Positions 20,448-29,291 of a DNA stretch of 64,000 nucleotides are shown here, in pieces. This DNA comes from Candidatus Gottesmanbacteria bacterium RIFCSPLOWO2_01_FULL_39_12b (GTDB taxonomy: Bacteria > Patescibacteriota > Microgenomatia > 2-02-FULL-39-11). The translations under genes were made by a program, and so were the position numbers. Where the stretch lies: assembly GCA_001780955.1 (NCBI GenBank), contig MFJR01000007.1, positions 75,053 to 139,052 of the forward strand, in the 5' to 3' direction. Under the pieces are notes generated by a model. That model did not search any database. It worked only from the letters and a program-made list of their open reading frames with translations, and had not been told where the DNA came from. Numbering within the stretch: position 1 is the first letter of the stretch; each line of letters begins with the position of its first letter.

Positions 20448-22307
20448 TTAATCTATAAATTTCCTCTCATATAAATCATAGACCCCATCATTCATGATCT
20501 TTTTGAAATCTACTTTTGAGATTATAGAAGATATTGCCGGGGTATATTTTTCATTATTTTTAAGGATTATATATTTCACATTTAAACTATTTAGTTCTTG
20601 GAGGACTAGAGAAGAAGTTATAGCGAATGGTATTATATTCGGCTCCTTTGGTTTTTCTGAATAAGGATTATAATTCCCTTTATCTATTATCTTCGCTATA
20701 TAATTTATAAATCTCATATTCTTGTAACCAATAAATACTTCTTCTGGTACTCGGGCAAGATATCCGCCGATGATCGGTTTTCCGTGAATAAGCTGTCCAT
20801 ACATAGGGAGTATTCCATGGACAAAACCAATATAATTAAAACCATCTCTTACTGTAAAAGGAACATCTAATACTGTCTTTTGGTCATTTTGATTTTTTAA
20901 ATACTGGTAAATTTTTACAGGGGCATTCTCAACCATCTTTTGGGAAATAGTATAAAATTGATCAAAAAAGAAAATAACAAACAAACATACTAATAAAATT
21001 ATCTGTTTTTTCTTACTTATCCTTGTCAATACAAAATTAATCACATAAGCAGTGACAATGCAGGCAAAAAATACGAAAGCCGGAGTAAATCTGGCGGTGG
21101 CTCTAATAGTTGATAAGCCTGGAATATAATGAAGTAATAAAAAGGGGAGAGGTAAGACAACGGAGACACCATCAAGATTGATAAACCAGCGATTAAATAT
21201 TTTCAAAAATGGACCCAACATCAAGATATAAAAAAAACTACTAACTATAAAATAGGGTTTTATCAGTTGCCATAATTTTTGAGGAAATCTATTGAAGATT
21301 TTCAATATAGTAACAGTTAGATAAATCAATACGATGATGATTCCTGGATAACTAAATCTTTCCAGGCTGTTAAGGAAAAAGTATTGATATTTTACAAATA
21401 ACGGAACAATTGAGGTGATTTTATTGAAAATAATATTATACAGAGGATTAAATTCACTCGGTGTTATAAAACTTGCCAAGTCAGATGATAAAGTTATTGA
21501 TCCTCCAAATCCGGGAGTTTTAACTAGTCCTTGGGTTTTGATTAAATTATAAACTGATAATATCCAGGGAATAAGGAAAAAAATTGCTGAAATAATAGAT
21601 AAAAACAAATAGGTGACATTTCTTGATAAAAGTTTTAAAAACTCCTTTCTGTCAGTAAAAAACCAGTATCCTGCAGAAAATAACAATCCAAGCACTATTG
21701 TAAAAAAGTAATAGAAATTACTCAAAAGAACCGTTGCCATGCATAATCCTAAAACCAGACAAAAGATAAATCTTTCTATTGTTTTATTTGATTCAAATAA
21801 TTTTTTTAGTGCTATAAATACTAAAGGAAAAAAGTATATAGATATATAAGCATAATGACCCAGAACTCTATGAGATAAAAATGGTGTGAATCCAAAAATT
21901 AAACTAACTAATATTGATAAGTATTGATCGATCTTTAATTTTCTTAGTAATAAATACATAAAAAAATTATTTAAGAAAAATCCAAATAAGATAATAATCA
22001 GTAGAGATTTATGGGAATTAATAAGTGGCCGGAAAATAAAAAACGGTAAAACATAAGCAGTATTGGGATCATTCAGGGAAAAATTAGTAGTAAATGGGTA
22101 TAGAATAGATTTTGTGACAAAAGGATTTTTAAATTGAAGTATATTTTGGTAACTTGTCTCAATTAAATATTCTGTAACGATATTATCACTGACCATTATC
22201 CTATTTCCAAAAAGTTCACCCCAGAGAGAAAAATTAAAAATTAAATTAATAAAAAGGAAAACAAAAATAGGCAATATAAAACGAAGTTTTTTCTTCATTT
22301 TAAGCAT
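20448..22307 (-). CDS. Polytopic membrane protein, paralog family 2 member b, C-terminal domain absent
   Basis: 619 aa. NPFVTKSILYPFTTNF, GFGGSITLSSDLASFITPS, PLPFLLLHYIPGLSTIRATAR. Terminates where member c's C-domain begins. Confidence 0.55.
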   Translation of the reverse strand: MLKMKKKLRFILPIFVFLFINLIFNFSLWGELFGNRIMVSDNIVTEYLIETSYQNILQFKNPFVTKSILYPFTTNFSLNDPNTAYVLPFFIFRPLINSHKSLLIIILFGFFLNNFFMYLLLRKLKIDQYLSILVSLIFGFTPFLSHRVLGHYAYISIYFFPLVFIALKKLFESNKTIERFIFCLVLGLCMATVLLSNFYYFFTIVLGLLFSAGYWFFTDRKEFLKLLSRNVTYLFLSIISAIFFLIPWILSVYNLIKTQGLVKTPGFGGSITLSSDLASFITPSEFNPLYNIIFNKITSIVPLFVKYQYFFLNSLERFSYPGIIIVLIYLTVTILKIFNRFPQKLWQLIKPYFIVSSFFYILMLGPFLKIFNRWFINLDGVSVVLPLPFLLLHYIPGLSTIRATARFTPAFVFFACIVTAYVINFVLTRISKKKQIILLVCLFVIFFFDQFYTISQKMVENAPVKIYQYLKNQNDQKTVLDVPFTVRDGFNYIGFVHGILPMYGQLIHGKPIIGGYLARVPEEVFIGYKNMRFINYIAKIIDKGNYNPYSEKPKEPNIIPFAITSSLVLQELNSLNVKYIILKNNEKYTPAISSIISKVDFKKIMNDGVYDLYERKFID

Positions 22308-22366
22308 TATACTACGAAAATGTCTTAATCCTAGAGAACGAATTAAATCAATTTATTTCAAAATTC

Positions 22367-24625
22367 TCACTCGATTTTTAAAGAATAAAATTTCAGTCCA
22401 AGTTCTCTTTCATCTTTATTGTCAGGAAAAACTGTAGATGGTTTATGAGTTTTTGAGAGTTTAAATGTAATTCTATGTATTTCTGGTTCTAAAGAGTATG
22501 GAACATCTATACGATACACCCCTTTTTGGGAGAGTACTCGTATCTTATCAATATAGACTTCGTCTAGATAAACTTGCACGTACTGTTCATTTTGGAATGA
22601 CTCTGTTTCAAAAATTATCGTTGGTTTTATCCTGTTGATCGTTTTGACAAAGACTGTAGCTATTTTCCCATAAGTCCATCGAAACCCATCTTCCGCAACG
22701 CTAAATCCAGAAACGATAAATAATTCGTCTCCTGTCGTCCCGAAGCGTATATCTGTAAATAGCACTGCGCGCAATTCTCGTTTCAGAAGTATATATGGTG
22801 TCTCGCTTGACACTATTTTATATCCGATTTCTTCAAGTGTTTGTCGTATAAGCTGCGAGTATAGTTCGTCATTCTTAAGAACAACATATTTAATATCTAA
22901 AAAATCTAGTTCTTTCTGCAGAGTTGTCACGTTGGCATTATAAACTGTGACGATCGGGAGAGTCGGCTGCTCCTTATATAGATCGTAGTTGCCTTTATCG
23001 ATTATTTGCGCAGTATGACCGATAAACGGAAGATTAGAATAGTAAGAAAAAATTGATGAATCTACACGAGAAAGGTATCCGCCAATAATCGGCTTATCAT
23101 GTATCAATGTTCCAATGGTGGGAGTATTCGCGTGAATGCTGCCAATATACTTAAAGCCATCCCTTACAGTAAATGGAATTTCCAGAACAGTTGACTTGTC
23201 AGGATCTTTTTTAATATAGTCGTAAATTTTTAGAGGAAGATACTTATCAGATCTTTGAGGTATAAAATATGCTTGATCAATTACCACAACAATAAATAAA
23301 AGTGTAAAAATTGTGAAATAAAATTTTCTATTTAATCTGCTAAACACAAAGGATAATAAATAAGCAGTGACGATAGTGGCGAAGAACACAAAAGCAGATA
23401 TAAATCTTGCTGGGGCTCTTACAGTGGTAAGTCCGGGAAAATAGTGAAGAAGTAGGAATGGTAAAGGAAGAAAAATATGAATTCCTTCATCAAGAGTGAT
23501 AAACCATCTGTTAAATATCTTTAAAAAAGGACCTAAGGTAAGAAGTGCAAAAAATAGACTCGCTAAAAAATGAGGTTTTAATTTATACCATATTTTTTTA
23601 TGTATTTTATTTTTGAAAAGGAAAATTAAGATATATGCAGTAATGATAATCAACCCAGGAGAGACGGACCTGTTATTGTTAAAGAAAAAAGAATTTGCTA
23701 ATTTGGCAAAAAAAATTGACTTACCCCTAATATCGTTCATGATAGATGCATAAAATGGATTATACTCACTTGGCGTGACAAAATTTATCAGATCCGAAGA
23801 TAATTCTATTGCGCCTCCAAAACCGGCTACTTTATATTCTTCATTAAATAAGCGTAGATTTAATACTGTTAAAAACCAAGGAGTAAGGATAACAAAAAAG
23901 GAAAGTAATGAAAGTAGGAGATAGAATACATTCTTTATAATAAATTGATAGAAAATTTGCTTGAAAGATAAAAAGAGATAATAAACACAGTAAAAAAACA
24001 TAGCTAATACGACCATCAGGAAATAATAAGGATTAGCAAAATAAGTTAGAGCCAATAGTATTCCATAGGTTAGAGAATAAATAGATTTTTTGATAGTTGA
24101 GTTTGATTCTAGAAAAAACAAAATATTTATAAATAAGAGAGGAAAGAAGTAGTAAGTAGTATACGTATAGTGTCCTAATATTCTGTATGATAGAAAAGGT
24201 GAAAAAGCAAATATTAGGCTGCAAAATGCAGAAACATAACTCCTTATTTTCAGTTTTCTTAAAAGTAGATACATACATATATTTGCCCAAAATATATTAG
24301 TAAGAACGATAATAAGAGTTGATTGGTGAATATTAAAGAAAGGGCGTAAGATAGTTAATGGAAAAAAATTGATTAACCAAGTATCATCCAATGAGAGATT
24401 TGTTTTAAATGGATAAAAAATACTGTCGGTTATAAAAGGATTCTCAAATTTTAATATCTTTTGATAAGCGTTTTCCGTAAAAAATTCATAATTTATACCA
24501 TCATTGATGCTAATTCTTTGAGGGTAGTAATTTAAAAAAATATCCTGAATAAAAGGTAAATTAAAAATTATAATAAGAAGAATTACTCCAGCAAAAAAGA
24601 GGTATAAAAATTTTTTACTTCCCAT
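22367..24625 (-). CDS. Large polytopic membrane protein, paralog family 2 member c, with C-terminal extracytoplasmic domain
   Basis: 752 aa. NPFITDSIFYPFKTNL, GFGGAIELSSDLINFVTPS, PLPFLLLHYFPGLTTVRAPAR. C-terminus VSGFSVAEDGFRWTYGK...HKPSTVFPDNKDERELGLKF. Confidence 0.6.
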   Translation of the reverse strand: MGSKKFLYLFFAGVILLIIIFNLPFIQDIFLNYYPQRISINDGINYEFFTENAYQKILKFENPFITDSIFYPFKTNLSLDDTWLINFFPLTILRPFFNIHQSTLIIVLTNIFWANICMYLLLRKLKIRSYVSAFCSLIFAFSPFLSYRILGHYTYTTYYFFPLLFINILFFLESNSTIKKSIYSLTYGILLALTYFANPYYFLMVVLAMFFYCVYYLFLSFKQIFYQFIIKNVFYLLLSLLSFFVILTPWFLTVLNLRLFNEEYKVAGFGGAIELSSDLINFVTPSEYNPFYASIMNDIRGKSIFFAKLANSFFFNNNRSVSPGLIIITAYILIFLFKNKIHKKIWYKLKPHFLASLFFALLTLGPFLKIFNRWFITLDEGIHIFLPLPFLLLHYFPGLTTVRAPARFISAFVFFATIVTAYLLSFVFSRLNRKFYFTIFTLLFIVVVIDQAYFIPQRSDKYLPLKIYDYIKKDPDKSTVLEIPFTVRDGFKYIGSIHANTPTIGTLIHDKPIIGGYLSRVDSSIFSYYSNLPFIGHTAQIIDKGNYDLYKEQPTLPIVTVYNANVTTLQKELDFLDIKYVVLKNDELYSQLIRQTLEEIGYKIVSSETPYILLKRELRAVLFTDIRFGTTGDELFIVSGFSVAEDGFRWTYGKIATVFVKTINRIKPTIIFETESFQNEQYVQVYLDEVYIDKIRVLSQKGVYRIDVPYSLEPEIHRITFKLSKTHKPSTVFPDNKDERELGLKFYSLKIE

Positions 24626-24765
24626 TCTTTTTTTTGATGATTTTATTTCTTATCGAATGAGGTTTGACGATTGGTTCTTGATCTCTTGGAATAGGCATCG
24701 TATGCTAGCGTTAGTAATAGTCAATATTATACTATAGAAATGGGGATTATTTACATTCAGATAGT
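24626..24765. promoter_or_regulatory. Divergent intergenic region, likely carrying promoters for the minus-strand 7-gene membrane-protein operon and the plus-strand acetyltransferase
   Basis: 140 bp AT-rich spacer between divergently oriented genes. TTGACG (24664-24669) and TATACT/TATAAT-like hexamers are present. Exact boxes were not resolved. Confidence 0.3.
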
Positions 24766-25416
24766 ATGTATAATAAATGGAGATTACTCCGTGAAATGAA
24801 AAGACGCATTGTTAATCAATTTCTTATCCGGAAGACTTCAAAGAAAAAACATTGTTATCTAAAACTCGGCAATAATGTTTATCTTCCCATTTTATCTGAC
24901 ATTAAGACTGCAGTTACTATTGGCAACGGTACCGGTATAAACGGAAAAATCACTATCATGGGAGGATCAAAGGTTTCCATAGGGAAGTACTGTGCTATTG
25001 GATCGGACGTGAAAATAATTTCCTCTAATCATGATGTACGATATGCGAATTTACAATCTAAGTTTCAACTAGAATATTTTGCAATGAGTTTAGATAGTAC
25101 CAAAGGTGAAGTAAAAATTGGAAATAATGTTTGGATAGCAGATTCTGCAATCATTCTATCGGGAGTAACTATTGGGGATGGAGCAGTTGTTGCGGCAGGG
25201 GCAGTTGTGGTAAAGGACATTCCCCCGTTTTGTATAGCTGCAGGAATTCCCGCTGTGATAAAAAGAGAACGATTCTCAAAAAAGATCGTAGATAAGCTTT
25301 TGGCGATTCAATGGTGGGATTGGGATGAAAAGATGATAAAACGAAATAAAGATTTTTTTACGCTAGATCTCACTAAAAATCCCAATTTTTTACTAGAAAA
25401 GATTATTCATAATTAG
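24766..25416 (+). CDS. Left-handed beta-helix (hexapeptide-repeat) sugar O-acetyltransferase (LacA/NodL/WbbJ-like)
   Basis: IGNNVWIADSAIILSGVTIGDGAVVAAGAVVVKDIPPFCIAAGIPA: typical LbH repeats plus the C-terminal cap. Confidence 0.8.
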   Translation: MYNKWRLLREMKRRIVNQFLIRKTSKKKHCYLKLGNNVYLPILSDIKTAVTIGNGTGINGKITIMGGSKVSIGKYCAIGSDVKIISSNHDVRYANLQSKFQLEYFAMSLDSTKGEVKIGNNVWIADSAIILSGVTIGDGAVVAAGAVVVKDIPPFCIAAGIPAVIKRERFSKKIVDKLLAIQWWDWDEKMIKRNKDFFTLDLTKNPNFLLEKIIHN

Positions 25417-27236
25417 GGTCGAGAGAATAGTGTTTTTATTCTTCTTATCTTCTCAGAAGCCTTAAAAAGTTTAGTCGAGGTAATTCTTTCCATATCTTCG
25501 CGTAATCTTATGATTTTGCTACTCAAGTTTCTATTCTTTTCTTCCAACTCTGTTAATTTTTTTGCCGAGAGAGATTTTTCCATAACATCTTCAACGTTAC
25601 AATGTTTCACAAGTTCCAGAAGATTGCTTTGATTTTTTATAGTTTGCTGCAAAAAACCCTGAATGTTTTCAAGTATACGTTTCTTACTATCCTTGGTTAG
25701 AATGTGCTGGTAGGCAGATTCTTCCTCAATAAAATTTTCGATATCGTTCTGCGTACAGACAATTCCTGTCGATTCCCGCAGGAAATCCACAATTGCATTT
25801 TGACAAGGAATACGATCATATATTTTATAAAGGTGGGGTAAGTTCATACTGAAAAGATAGGCGACATTTCTCAGAAAAACAGATAGAAGTGGAATTGGTT
25901 TCCTCTTGATATTCTCTACATCAAAGTAGACGAATTTATTATGTACAAGCGATACATTAGAAAGAGTTGCTTCATAATACCGATGACCTATAAATCCCTT
26001 AGGATCTGTATGGCGTTGCAGGAACTGGTAAAACCTGCTGAAAAGTGCAACCCATTCGCCTTTAAAATTTTCTGAGAGTGCCGCTCGCATGAATGAAAAA
26101 ATATAGGGTTCCGGATAAAGGTCTTGGTAGAGAGCTTTCTTTTTTCCATATAAGTATTTCTTACGCACTTTGAGCTCTTTATCTTTTTCTCCTATCGATA
26201 TTTCACTTTGTCGATTCACGCTACGGCTCAGCTGATAGCGCTTAATAACCCAATCAGCTTTCGGAAGATTTTTCTTTCCCTTGCTTGCAAAAACTAAAAA
26301 GGAGTTAGAGAAACTTTCTAGAAGATCATTCTTGAAAAACTCAGAGAGAAGAAGAAATTCATCTATTATCCGGATCGGTGCTCGATAATAATCTCTGGAG
26401 TATTCCTTAAAGAGGAAATGACTTAAATCTGTTGTGTTTTTCCACTGCAGGGGATGATGAAAAAGAGCAAAGGGTGTTTTATAATCCGGAAAAGGAAAGA
26501 ACCATTCTTGGTAACGTAAATTGTTTTCGTTAAACAAATTTATAAGCTCCTTTCGGCTGAAAGTTTTTGGCCCTTTCTTGTTAGGGAAATTGTGAAGGCT
26601 CTCCAGAAATAGAGATGTATGATCTTCGGTAAGTGGGACAAAATAGCGCAATCCAAGTCTATTTTCGATAGCGAGAATCAATACTCCATCGTCCTTGAGA
26701 AAGGAAGCAGCCGTATGAATAAAAGATGAGGCGGGAGAAGGCGACACAGCAATATTTTTCATAAGGGCTGCATATTCTAATACTCCTACAACGACAACAA
26801 AATCAAACTTTTTGGATGGATATAAATTGAATATATCCTCGGCAATAACTTTCACATTACGAAGTCCTCTGCAGCGTTTTGCACATCCAAGGGCTCTTAT
26901 TAGTGGGGGTTCTACTGCATATACTTCTTTTGCGCATTCGCCAAGTAGCCGTGTTAATCCTCCAAAACCTGCACCAATCTCCAATACACTTTTCTCCGTA
27001 AAAAGTTCTTTAAATGGCAGAAGGAGAGAGTTTCGATATTTGGAAAAATGAGATTCTGTAGACCAATCTACGATTTGGGAGTGTAACTCTTCGCTGAGAG
27101 CGGATACGTCTTTTGCCTTATCGAGAACTTCTAGGATTATTTTTTCTTTTTCAGTTCCCTCATTGTACCAAAAATTGGAAGATTGATTATTTGATGCAGA
27201 AGAGATAACGGATGCTTTATCTATTGGAATACTCAT
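25413..27236 (-). CDS. Multidomain protein: class I SAM methyltransferase domain, a ~300 aa uncharacterised region, and a C-terminal predicted coiled coil. Candidate glycan chain-terminating or chain-modifying enzyme
   Basis: 607 aa. MTase motif I VLEIGAGFGGLTRLL with post-I acidic AVEPP. C-terminal heptad-like KKLTELEEKNRNLSSKIIRLREDMERI. Confidence 0.65.
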   Translation of the reverse strand: MSIPIDKASVISSASNNQSSNFWYNEGTEKEKIILEVLDKAKDVSALSEELHSQIVDWSTESHFSKYRNSLLLPFKELFTEKSVLEIGAGFGGLTRLLGECAKEVYAVEPPLIRALGCAKRCRGLRNVKVIAEDIFNLYPSKKFDFVVVVGVLEYAALMKNIAVSPSPASSFIHTAASFLKDDGVLILAIENRLGLRYFVPLTEDHTSLFLESLHNFPNKKGPKTFSRKELINLFNENNLRYQEWFFPFPDYKTPFALFHHPLQWKNTTDLSHFLFKEYSRDYYRAPIRIIDEFLLLSEFFKNDLLESFSNSFLVFASKGKKNLPKADWVIKRYQLSRSVNRQSEISIGEKDKELKVRKKYLYGKKKALYQDLYPEPYIFSFMRAALSENFKGEWVALFSRFYQFLQRHTDPKGFIGHRYYEATLSNVSLVHNKFVYFDVENIKRKPIPLLSVFLRNVAYLFSMNLPHLYKIYDRIPCQNAIVDFLRESTGIVCTQNDIENFIEEESAYQHILTKDSKKRILENIQGFLQQTIKNQSNLLELVKHCNVEDVMEKSLSAKKLTELEEKNRNLSSKIIRLREDMERITSTKLFKASEKIRRIKTLFSRP

Positions 27237-27245
27237 TCAAGAAAT

Positions 27246-28508
27246 TCAAATTTTCTTCACGATGAATCCTAGGATTACCTTTTTAATATACGTGATATGT
27301 TCGAAGCTTATTCCTGGAAAAACTCCGAGCCAAAAGGCTCCATTGAGAGCCACATCAGAATTTTCTACACTACCTGCTATTCTGTATTTGGTATGTTTAT
27401 ATGCAGGATGCCGAAGTAAATTACCAGAAAAAATTGTCCGAGTCCCAATTTTGTTTTCTTCTAGGTATTGAGTAAATTCATTTCGAGTAAATGGTGCGTT
27501 TTCTTTTACTATTGCCGGGAATCCAAACCAACAGGGATCTTCTTTCTCGGAAAGTTCCGGCAGGATAAAATATTTTTTGTACTGATCAAAAAACGCTCGC
27601 AGCTGAGCGTAATTTTCTTTCCGTTTTTTGATAAATTGGGGAAGTTTTTTTAGCTGTGCGACACCTATTGCGGCTTGAAAGTCGGTTAATTTCAGATTGT
27701 ACCCAATTTGGGTATACGTATACTTGTGATCGTACCCGAATGGGAGATCACCAAATTGCCAGCCGAAACGTTTTCTACATGTATTATCTTTTCCCGTATC
27801 ACACCAGCAATCTCTACCCCAATCTCGAAATTGCCTGATAGATCTATGAATAAGAGGATTATTGGTGATAACGGCTCCTCCTTCTCCCATCGTGATTTGA
27901 TGAGCAGGATAAAAGCTGTATGTTGCAATATCACCATACGTGCCGACAAGTTTTCCATTCCATCGGGAACCAAGAGCATCACAGCAATCCTCGATAACCC
28001 AGAGATTGTATTTCTTCGCAATTCGCGTTATCTGGGTAAGGTTGTACGGAATTCCCAGAGTATGAGCTACCATGATAAGTTTCGTCTTTTTCGTAATTGC
28101 TTTTTCAATTTTTCCAATATCGATATTGAATGTTTTAACATCGATATCAATAAAAACCGGTGTGAGTCCATATTGAATTCCGGGATTAACGGTCGTAGGG
28201 AAAGCAAGAGGTATGGCGATGTATTCATCACCACTTTTGAGGGCTCGATCCTTAAAAACGTTGGAGGTGAGAGAAGCTAGAGCGACAAGGTTGGCAGAAG
28301 AGCCAGAGTTGACTAGAGAAACGTATCTTATTCCCATAAAATTTCTGAAGTCCTTTTCAAACTGTTTCCCGAATTCTCCCTCTGTCCACCAGCCGTCACG
28401 GGCTACTTTTATAGCGTTGTTTATCTCTTCTTTGTCGAAAACTTTACCCGAAACGGGAATGTAGGTTCGACCTGGTATAAACGTTTTCTTCATTATTGAA
28501 ATCCCCAT
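27246..28508 (-). CDS. ddhC: CDP-4-dehydro-6-deoxyglucose 3-dehydrase (E1; RfbH/DdhC/AscC family, PMP- and [2Fe-2S]-dependent)
   Basis: 420 aa with near-collinear similarity to RfbH. SGSSANLVALASLTS, FPTTVNPGIQYGL, SFYPAHQITMGEGG (His replaces the PLP lysine), and cysteine cluster RDWGRDCWCDTGKDNTC (C-x-C-x7-C). Then YDHKYTYTQIGYNLKLTD. Confidence 0.85.
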   Translation of the reverse strand: MGISIMKKTFIPGRTYIPVSGKVFDKEEINNAIKVARDGWWTEGEFGKQFEKDFRNFMGIRYVSLVNSGSSANLVALASLTSNVFKDRALKSGDEYIAIPLAFPTTVNPGIQYGLTPVFIDIDVKTFNIDIGKIEKAITKKTKLIMVAHTLGIPYNLTQITRIAKKYNLWVIEDCCDALGSRWNGKLVGTYGDIATYSFYPAHQITMGEGGAVITNNPLIHRSIRQFRDWGRDCWCDTGKDNTCRKRFGWQFGDLPFGYDHKYTYTQIGYNLKLTDFQAAIGVAQLKKLPQFIKKRKENYAQLRAFFDQYKKYFILPELSEKEDPCWFGFPAIVKENAPFTRNEFTQYLEENKIGTRTIFSGNLLRHPAYKHTKYRIAGSVENSDVALNGAFWLGVFPGISFEHITYIKKVILGFIVKKI

Positions 28509-28575
28509 GTAATGATATTGATTTTTCTATTATATCAGTTACTACAAGTATTTGATAAAATAGATTTGATTTAAT
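28509..28575. promoter_or_regulatory. Divergent promoter region between ddhC and the WbqC-like gene
   Basis: 67 bp AT-rich spacer between divergent starts. TTGATA...TAATAT-like elements are present. Confidence 0.25.
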
Positions 28576-29277
28576 ATGAAAATTGGGATAATGCAACCAT
28601 ATTTATTTCCGTATATAGGTTATTTCCAATTGATAAAAGCTGTCGATAAATTTGTGATACATGATGATATTCAGTATATTAAAGGAGGCTGGATAAATAG
28701 AAACCGGATCCAAATTAACCATAAAGAACATCTGTTTACATTTAGCCTAAAAAGGGATAGTTCACTAAAAAATATCAATACTCGATTATTTTCAGATCAA
28801 TTTACCAAAGAGAGTGCTAATTTTTTAAGAATAGTTCAAAATACTTATAAAAAGTCCCCCTTTTTTATTTATATATACGATTTATTATCAAAAATATTAG
28901 CTTACAAAGAATTAAATATTTCATTATTCATAACAAATTCTCTCAAACTGATCTGTAATTACCTTGAAATAAAAACTCCTTTTTATCTGTCATCAAAGCT
29001 TTACAAAAATAATCAGTTAAAGGGTCAGGATAGAGTCATGAATATTTGCCAGACATTAGATGCCGAAGTCTATATCAATCCCATCGGCGGGAAGATTTTA
29101 TACTCAAAGGAAATATTTAAGGAAAATAATATTTCATTATTCTTTTTGCAAACCAAAGATATGAGTTTTGAGTTTAAAAAAGAGTGCTATATTCCCAACT
29201 TATCGATAATTGACGTAATGATGTTTAACTCTATTATAAAAATAAAAAAAATGTTAGACAGCTACGAATTAATATAA
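28576..29277 (+). CDS. WbqC-like family protein (O-antigen cluster associated, function unknown)
   Basis: N-terminus MKIGIMQPYLFPYIGYFQLIKAVDKFVIHDDIQYIKGGWINRNRI matches the WbqC-like signature (MQPYFFPYIGYFQLI...DDVQF...W.NRN). Confidence 0.7.
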   Translation: MKIGIMQPYLFPYIGYFQLIKAVDKFVIHDDIQYIKGGWINRNRIQINHKEHLFTFSLKRDSSLKNINTRLFSDQFTKESANFLRIVQNTYKKSPFFIYIYDLLSKILAYKELNISLFITNSLKLICNYLEIKTPFYLSSKLYKNNQLKGQDRVMNICQTLDAEVYINPIGGKILYSKEIFKENNISLFFLQTKDMSFEFKKECYIPNLSIIDVMMFNSIIKIKKMLDSYELI

Positions 29278-29291
29278 ACAGAAATAAAAAA

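Noticed and set aside
9699-24625. Possibility that the seven-gene array is a CRISPR-like or DNA-level repeat array, or a mobile element
   Set aside because: The repeats are protein-level paralogy over 1.8-2.3 kb units with divergent nucleotide sequence. There are no short direct repeats with spacers, and no transposase, integrase or terminal inverted repeats.
27262-28464. Cluster of five plus-strand ORFs (60-190 aa) opposite ddhC
   Set aside because: ddhC on the minus strand is near-collinear with RfbH over its entire length. The plus-strand ORFs are antisense artefacts.
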